Of a DNA stretch of 64,000 nt, positions 60,071-64,000 are shown in pieces. The notes below the pieces were generated by a model. That model ran no database searches. It saw only the letters and a program-made list of their open reading frames with translations, and was not told the origin of the DNA. Position 1 is the stretch's first letter, and each line of letters starts with the position of its first letter. A program made the position numbers and the translations under genes. This stretch comes from Thermoproteota archaeon (lineage in GTDB: Archaea > Thermoproteota > EX4484-205 > JAAOZP01), in NCBI GenBank assembly GCA_049700215.1, contig JBNAVT010000002.1:45507-109506 (forward strand), in the 5' to 3' direction.

Positions 60071-62470
60071 ATGACGGCGGAAAAATCAAAGAAATACGTG
60101 CTCTGGTTCAACGAAATAGGCATCGAAGACGTTCCCCTAGTAGGAGGAAAATCAGCAAGCCTAGGAGAAATGCTGCGTAAAACAGGCGCCCCGGTGCCAA
60201 ACGGCTTCGCAACAACCGCCGAGGCCTACAGGTACTTCATAAAATACAACAATCTAGAGCAGAAAATAGCGGACATACTCAGCGAGCTGAAAGACCCCAA
60301 CGACACCAAAACACTCCAAAACATAGGGGCAAGAATACGGAGAACAATCGTCGAGGCCAAAATGCCGCCTGAAATAGAAAGCGAAATCAAAAAATACTAC
60401 ACTCAGCTCGAACAGGAAGTCAAACAGAAAAACCCGTTCGTAGCAGTAAGATCATCAGCAACAGCCGAAGACCTTCCCGACGCAAGCTTCGCAGGCCAGC
60501 AGGAAACATACCTAAACGTCTCAACACCAGAGCAAGTCGTGGAGAAGGTTAAAGAATGCTACTCAAGCCTCTTCACAGACCGAGCAATATTCTACCGCGT
60601 CCAGAAAGGATTCGACCACATGAAAGTAGCGTTATCCGCCGCAGTCCAGCTAATGGTGTACTCAAAAGCCTCAGGAGTAATGTTCACACTCGACGTTTCA
60701 AACGGGGACAGAAGCGTAGTAATGATAGAAGCAGGATACGGGCTAGGAGAATACGTAGTCCAAGGAAAAATCACACCAGACGACTACTACGTCAGAAAAA
60801 CCGACCTGCAAATCGTAAAGAAAAACATCTCAACAAAGAAAATCATGCTCACAAGAAAACCAAACGGGGGAACAGAGGAGAAAGAAGTCCCCAAAGAACT
60901 CCAAGACAAACCCGTGCTAACAGACGAGCAAATAAAAGAACTAGCCGCCTATGCGATAGAAATCGAAAACCACTACGGAAAACCAATGGACATAGAATGG
61001 GCACTCGATGAGAGAGACAACAGACTGTACATCCTACAAGCAAGACCAGAAACAGTATGGGCACTCAAAAAACCCGAAGAAGAAAAAACCGAAACAATCA
61101 CAGTCACAAAAGAGAAAGAAGTAATATGCCAAGGACTACCCGCGTCACCAGGACTAGCAGTAGGAAAAGCACATATAATTATGAGTGTCGATAAATTAGA
61201 CACATTCCAACCAGGAGAAATACTCGTCACAGAAATGACCGCACCCGAATGGGTCCCAGCAATGCGAAAAGCCGCAGCAATAGTGACAAACAGCGGGGGG
61301 CTAACTAGTCATGCTAGTATTGTATCTCGTGAACTCGGAATCCCATGCATCGTCGGAACAGCAAGCAAAGGAAAGCCCGCGACCGAAGCGATCAAAGACG
61401 GCGAGATAATAACGGTTGACTCGAAGCTCGGAGTAGTATATAGAGGTGCGTTGGCAGAAGTCGTTGAGAAAAAGGAGGAGAAAGTCGCAGTCGCGGCAGT
61501 AGCGGAATCCTACCCAGTGACAGGAACAAAGATTTACGTTAATCTAGGTGAGCCGGAGCTGGCGGAGAAGGTCGCAGCCCTGCCGGTAGACGGAGTGGGA
61601 CTAATGAGGCTCGAATTCACCTACGCCGCTGAAATCGGCGAACACCCGCTACACCTAATCGAAACAGGACACCCCGAGAAACTCGTCGACAAGCTAGCCG
61701 AAGGAATGAGAAAAGTCTGCGCCGCATTCTACCCGAGGCCAGTCGTCGTGAGACTAGTCGACTTTAAGTCAAGCGAGTACAGAGACCTCAAGGGCGGGGA
61801 AAAGTATGAGCCGGTTGAGCCGTCAGCGTTACTAGGATGGAGGGGAGCGTCAAGATACTACGATCCTAAATATTTGCCTGCTTTCAGACTAGAGCTGAGG
61901 GCAATAAAAAAGGTCCGCGAGGAATACGGGTTAAAGAATCTGTGGGTTATGATACCGTTCTGCAGAACCGAGGAGGAAATCCAGAAGGTCATGGCAATCA
62001 TGAAGGAGGAGGGGTTAGAAAGGGGGCCGGACTTCAAGCTCTGGCTCATGGCTGAGATACCTTCAAATATTTTAATAGCTGACAAGTTCAATAGATATAT
62101 AGATGGCTATTCGATCGGGAGTAACGACCTCACTATGCTTATTCTTGGAGCGGACAGGGACAACGAGACCGTTGCGAAAATCTTCGATGAGAGAAATCTC
62201 GCCGTGAAAAGAGCAATTAAATATTTAATTAAAATAGCACACTGCGATGGAAAAACAGTTTCCGTGTGTGGACAGGCACCTTCGCAGTATAGTGAGTTCA
62301 CAGAGTTTCTAGTGCGTTGTGGAATAGACTCCATTTCAATCAATCCAGATGTAGCAGTGTTCACCCGTAAACTCGTCGCATCCATTGAACAACGAATAAT
62401 GCTTGAGAAAGCGCTTGGCCAGGTTAAGGTTGACCCCGACTGGGATCTTCCTGACCCAGACGAGGAGTAA
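60071..62470 (+). CDS. ppsA: Phosphoenolpyruvate synthase
   Basis: VGGK.ASLGEM, VRSSATAED...SFAGQQET, GG.TSHA.IVSRELG and SIGSNDLT motifs. Confidence 0.96.
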   Translation: MTAEKSKKYVLWFNEIGIEDVPLVGGKSASLGEMLRKTGAPVPNGFATTAEAYRYFIKYNNLEQKIADILSELKDPNDTKTLQNIGARIRRTIVEAKMPPEIESEIKKYYTQLEQEVKQKNPFVAVRSSATAEDLPDASFAGQQETYLNVSTPEQVVEKVKECYSSLFTDRAIFYRVQKGFDHMKVALSAAVQLMVYSKASGVMFTLDVSNGDRSVVMIEAGYGLGEYVVQGKITPDDYYVRKTDLQIVKKNISTKKIMLTRKPNGGTEEKEVPKELQDKPVLTDEQIKELAAYAIEIENHYGKPMDIEWALDERDNRLYILQARPETVWALKKPEEEKTETITVTKEKEVICQGLPASPGLAVGKAHIIMSVDKLDTFQPGEILVTEMTAPEWVPAMRKAAAIVTNSGGLTSHASIVSRELGIPCIVGTASKGKPATEAIKDGEIITVDSKLGVVYRGALAEVVEKKEEKVAVAAVAESYPVTGTKIYVNLGEPELAEKVAALPVDGVGLMRLEFTYAAEIGEHPLHLIETGHPEKLVDKLAEGMRKVCAAFYPRPVVVRLVDFKSSEYRDLKGGEKYEPVEPSALLGWRGASRYYDPKYLPAFRLELRAIKKVREEYGLKNLWVMIPFCRTEEEIQKVMAIMKEEGLERGPDFKLWLMAEIPSNILIADKFNRYIDGYSIGSNDLTMLILGADRDNETVAKIFDERNLAVKRAIKYLIKIAHCDGKTVSVCGQAPSQYSEFTEFLVRCGIDSISINPDVAVFTRKLVASIEQRIMLEKALGQVKVDPDWDLPDPDEE

Positions 62471-62710
62471 TCTATCTTCTAAATATAATTACTTCCCCTT
62501 TTTGGCGCGCGCTTTGGAAGCTGCTTTTATTTTTTCAATTACCAGGTTACTTCAAATCCGAAGACCTGATATTATGGCCTTGTTTTTTCTATTAAACCAA
62601 TTCGTACCGTCAATAATTCTTCCTTCTCCTCCTCTTTCCTTCACTTTTTCCATTATTTCTTCACAGATTTTTCTAGGCCTCTTAGCATAGTCAACTCCAA
62701 GCATGAGGAA

Positions 62711-63157
62711 ATGTATCGGTGCATCCCAATAGCGCGCGCGGTTAGGGGGTTCTTTGGAACTGGAGAAGTTATGTTTGTCTCTCTAAGACCTTCGACAAGG
62801 GGAGGAGAGCTGCCCTCTCCCAAGTTAGAGAGTTTTTACAAACTGCTGGAGAAAGAAGGGTTTGAAAACGCTCACATGACTGATTTAGTTAAATGCAGAG
62901 GCCCCGTCGGGAATATTCCGGACTACCATTTTCAGAACTGCATTCCTCATCTTCTGGAAGAGATAGAGATTTTAGAGCCGAAGATGATAGTAGCAGTGGG
63001 TAAAGAGGCTCAGAAGAAACTGAAGGAAAATGAGATTCAGTGCCGATTTATTCCACACTATGCATATAGGTTTAAGAAAAGGAGGATAAGCCTAAGAAAA
63101 GCTTTGAAAGACATTAAGGAAAAACTTGAAGAAATGAAGCAATTCAAAGTCTTGTAA
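62711..63157 (+). CDS. Uracil-DNA glycosylase superfamily protein (possibly N-truncated)
   Basis: VMFVSLRPS, TDLVKC, C.PHL.EEI.IL.PK.IVAVG and IPHY motifs. Confidence 0.65.
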   Translation: MYRCIPIARAVRGFFGTGEVMFVSLRPSTRGGELPSPKLESFYKLLEKEGFENAHMTDLVKCRGPVGNIPDYHFQNCIPHLLEEIEILEPKMIVAVGKEAQKKLKENEIQCRFIPHYAYRFKKRRISLRKALKDIKEKLEEMKQFKVL

Positions 63158-63620
63158 AGAATCCGATAAAATTGAGCGCGCGCTCCATGAAAGGCCAATC
63201 TCCTCCCATGCATCACATACGATGTTTCCGTAGTTAAAAAATCTGCATTTCCTCATAAATTTTTCAGATCTAGAGGGTAGCACTAGGCTGAGTTAGACAA
63301 GACATTTTAAATAGCGCGCTAGTCACTCTATATAGAATTCCTTTAGAGAATTGGATAGTGTTGAGCTCTATTTAGCGACTGAACAAGTGAAACCTGAAAT
63401 ACTCAACATATTAGAGAGAAAGGAATCGGAATTCTAAGACTTCAGATTATTGATGATCAGCAGTGATATGTAAAAGGGATAGAATATTTCAGCAATGATT
63501 AAACTACGCTTTTTCCAGGCCTTAATTTCCTTTCGTAGCTTTTCTATTTCGGCTCTTGCTATCGAATCATGATACCCTTGAGGTGGGTGAACCATCTCGA
63601 TACTAGCGTGCTGGAGTCGC

Positions 63621-63881
63621 TTAACGATAAGTTCTTTTTCTAACATCTATTTTTGCAACAACTATTATTTTTTCCTTTTCATAGACTTTGAATAATACTC
63701 TATGGTTTCCTACACGTAATCTGAAAGTGTTTTCCTCGCCAGCAACTTTAACTATGTCTAGCTCGGTCTCCGGGAAGTCCTCAAGTCTTCTAAGCTTCTC
63801 AACTATCCTCTGTTTATTCTCAGACGTTAGTTCATCTAAGTACTTGCTTGCCCTTCTATGCAGGAAGACCCTAAACTTCAT
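63621..63881 (-). CDS. RelE/ParE family toxin
   Basis: FRLRVGNHRVLF and IDVRK..Y motifs. Confidence 0.88.
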   Translation of the reverse strand: MKFRVFLHRRASKYLDELTSENKQRIVEKLRRLEDFPETELDIVKVAGEENTFRLRVGNHRVLFKVYEKEKIIVVAKIDVRKRTYR

Positions 63882-63999
63882 CGAGAGGTTTCAACTCGTT
63901 GAAACGCTTATTCGCCACGATCTCGTCAACCTCTTTCAGCAGCATGTACTCCTCCGTAGTTAAGAAAACGTCTTCAAGAAAATCCTTTAACTCATCGAG
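63871..63999 (-). CDS. Putative antitoxin (5'-partial)
   Basis: Acidic LDELKDFLEDVFLTTEEY...KPLDEV* overlaps the relE start by 11 nt. Confidence 0.7.
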   Translation of the reverse strand, partial: LDELKDFLEDVFLTTEEYMLLKEVDEIVANKRFNELKPLDEV

Positions 64000-64000
64000 C

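Larger units (their letters stand above)
7614..63319. repeat. Dispersed (T)AGCGCGC(GC)n motif, 26 copies counted by eye
   Basis: Runs of 6 bp or more start at 7614, 7944, 9581, 9684, 11685, 11935, 15106, 15702, 15782, 15931, 16741, 23378, 52490, 53961, 55269, 55473, 55584, 55948, 56354, 58235, 58621, 59847, 62505, 62732, 63176 and 63314. Confidence 0.85.

Noticed and set aside
59431-60074. ORFs 59431..59916, 59787..60074 and 59831..60016, or an RNA gene here
   Set aside because: The ORFs are by-products of T-poor skewed DNA and have no motifs. I recognised no tRNA, SRP or RNase P features.
7614-63319. CRISPR array or MITE as the explanation for the GC motif
   Set aside because: The motif is only 6-14 bp, irregularly spaced, with no conserved body, TIR pair or cas genes.

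Overview
This is an archaeal chromosome segment, judged from CDC48, Cdc6/Orc1, NucS, LSm, a deoxyhypusine synthase family gene, PGI/PMI and TATA-box promoters. The sugar-degrading enzymes and a non-pyrrolysine MttB suggest an anaerobic heterotroph or methylotroph of Brockarchaeota/Bathyarchaeia type (inference only). There are three zones. (1) 1-28.8 kb is accessory carbohydrate/redox metabolism (Gfo/Idh/MocA, DegT, GH5 x2, GH94, Fe-ADH, a family-5 ABC transporter, an intact IS5) with many broken genes. (2) 28.9-51.1 kb is an intact block of mostly housekeeping genes. It also holds a luxE-luxC-SDR operon, a PLP-lysine-less ThrC-PadR fusion and a catalytically dead DeoC. (3) 51.2-64 kb is a decaying zone with MttB, an ATPase, toxin-antitoxin pairs, ppsA and gene debris. 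The most striking unexplained signal is a short polar motif, (T)AGCGCGC(GC)n. By eye I count 26 copies, none between 23.4 and 52.4 kb, and many sit at truncation, deletion or frameshift junctions, as if they were a DNA-repair or recombination scar. Two exact repeats between paralogous domains (168 bp and 60 bp) point to gene conversion. I recognised no rRNA, tRNA or CRISPR array. All calls come from motif recognition by eye; no searches were run.
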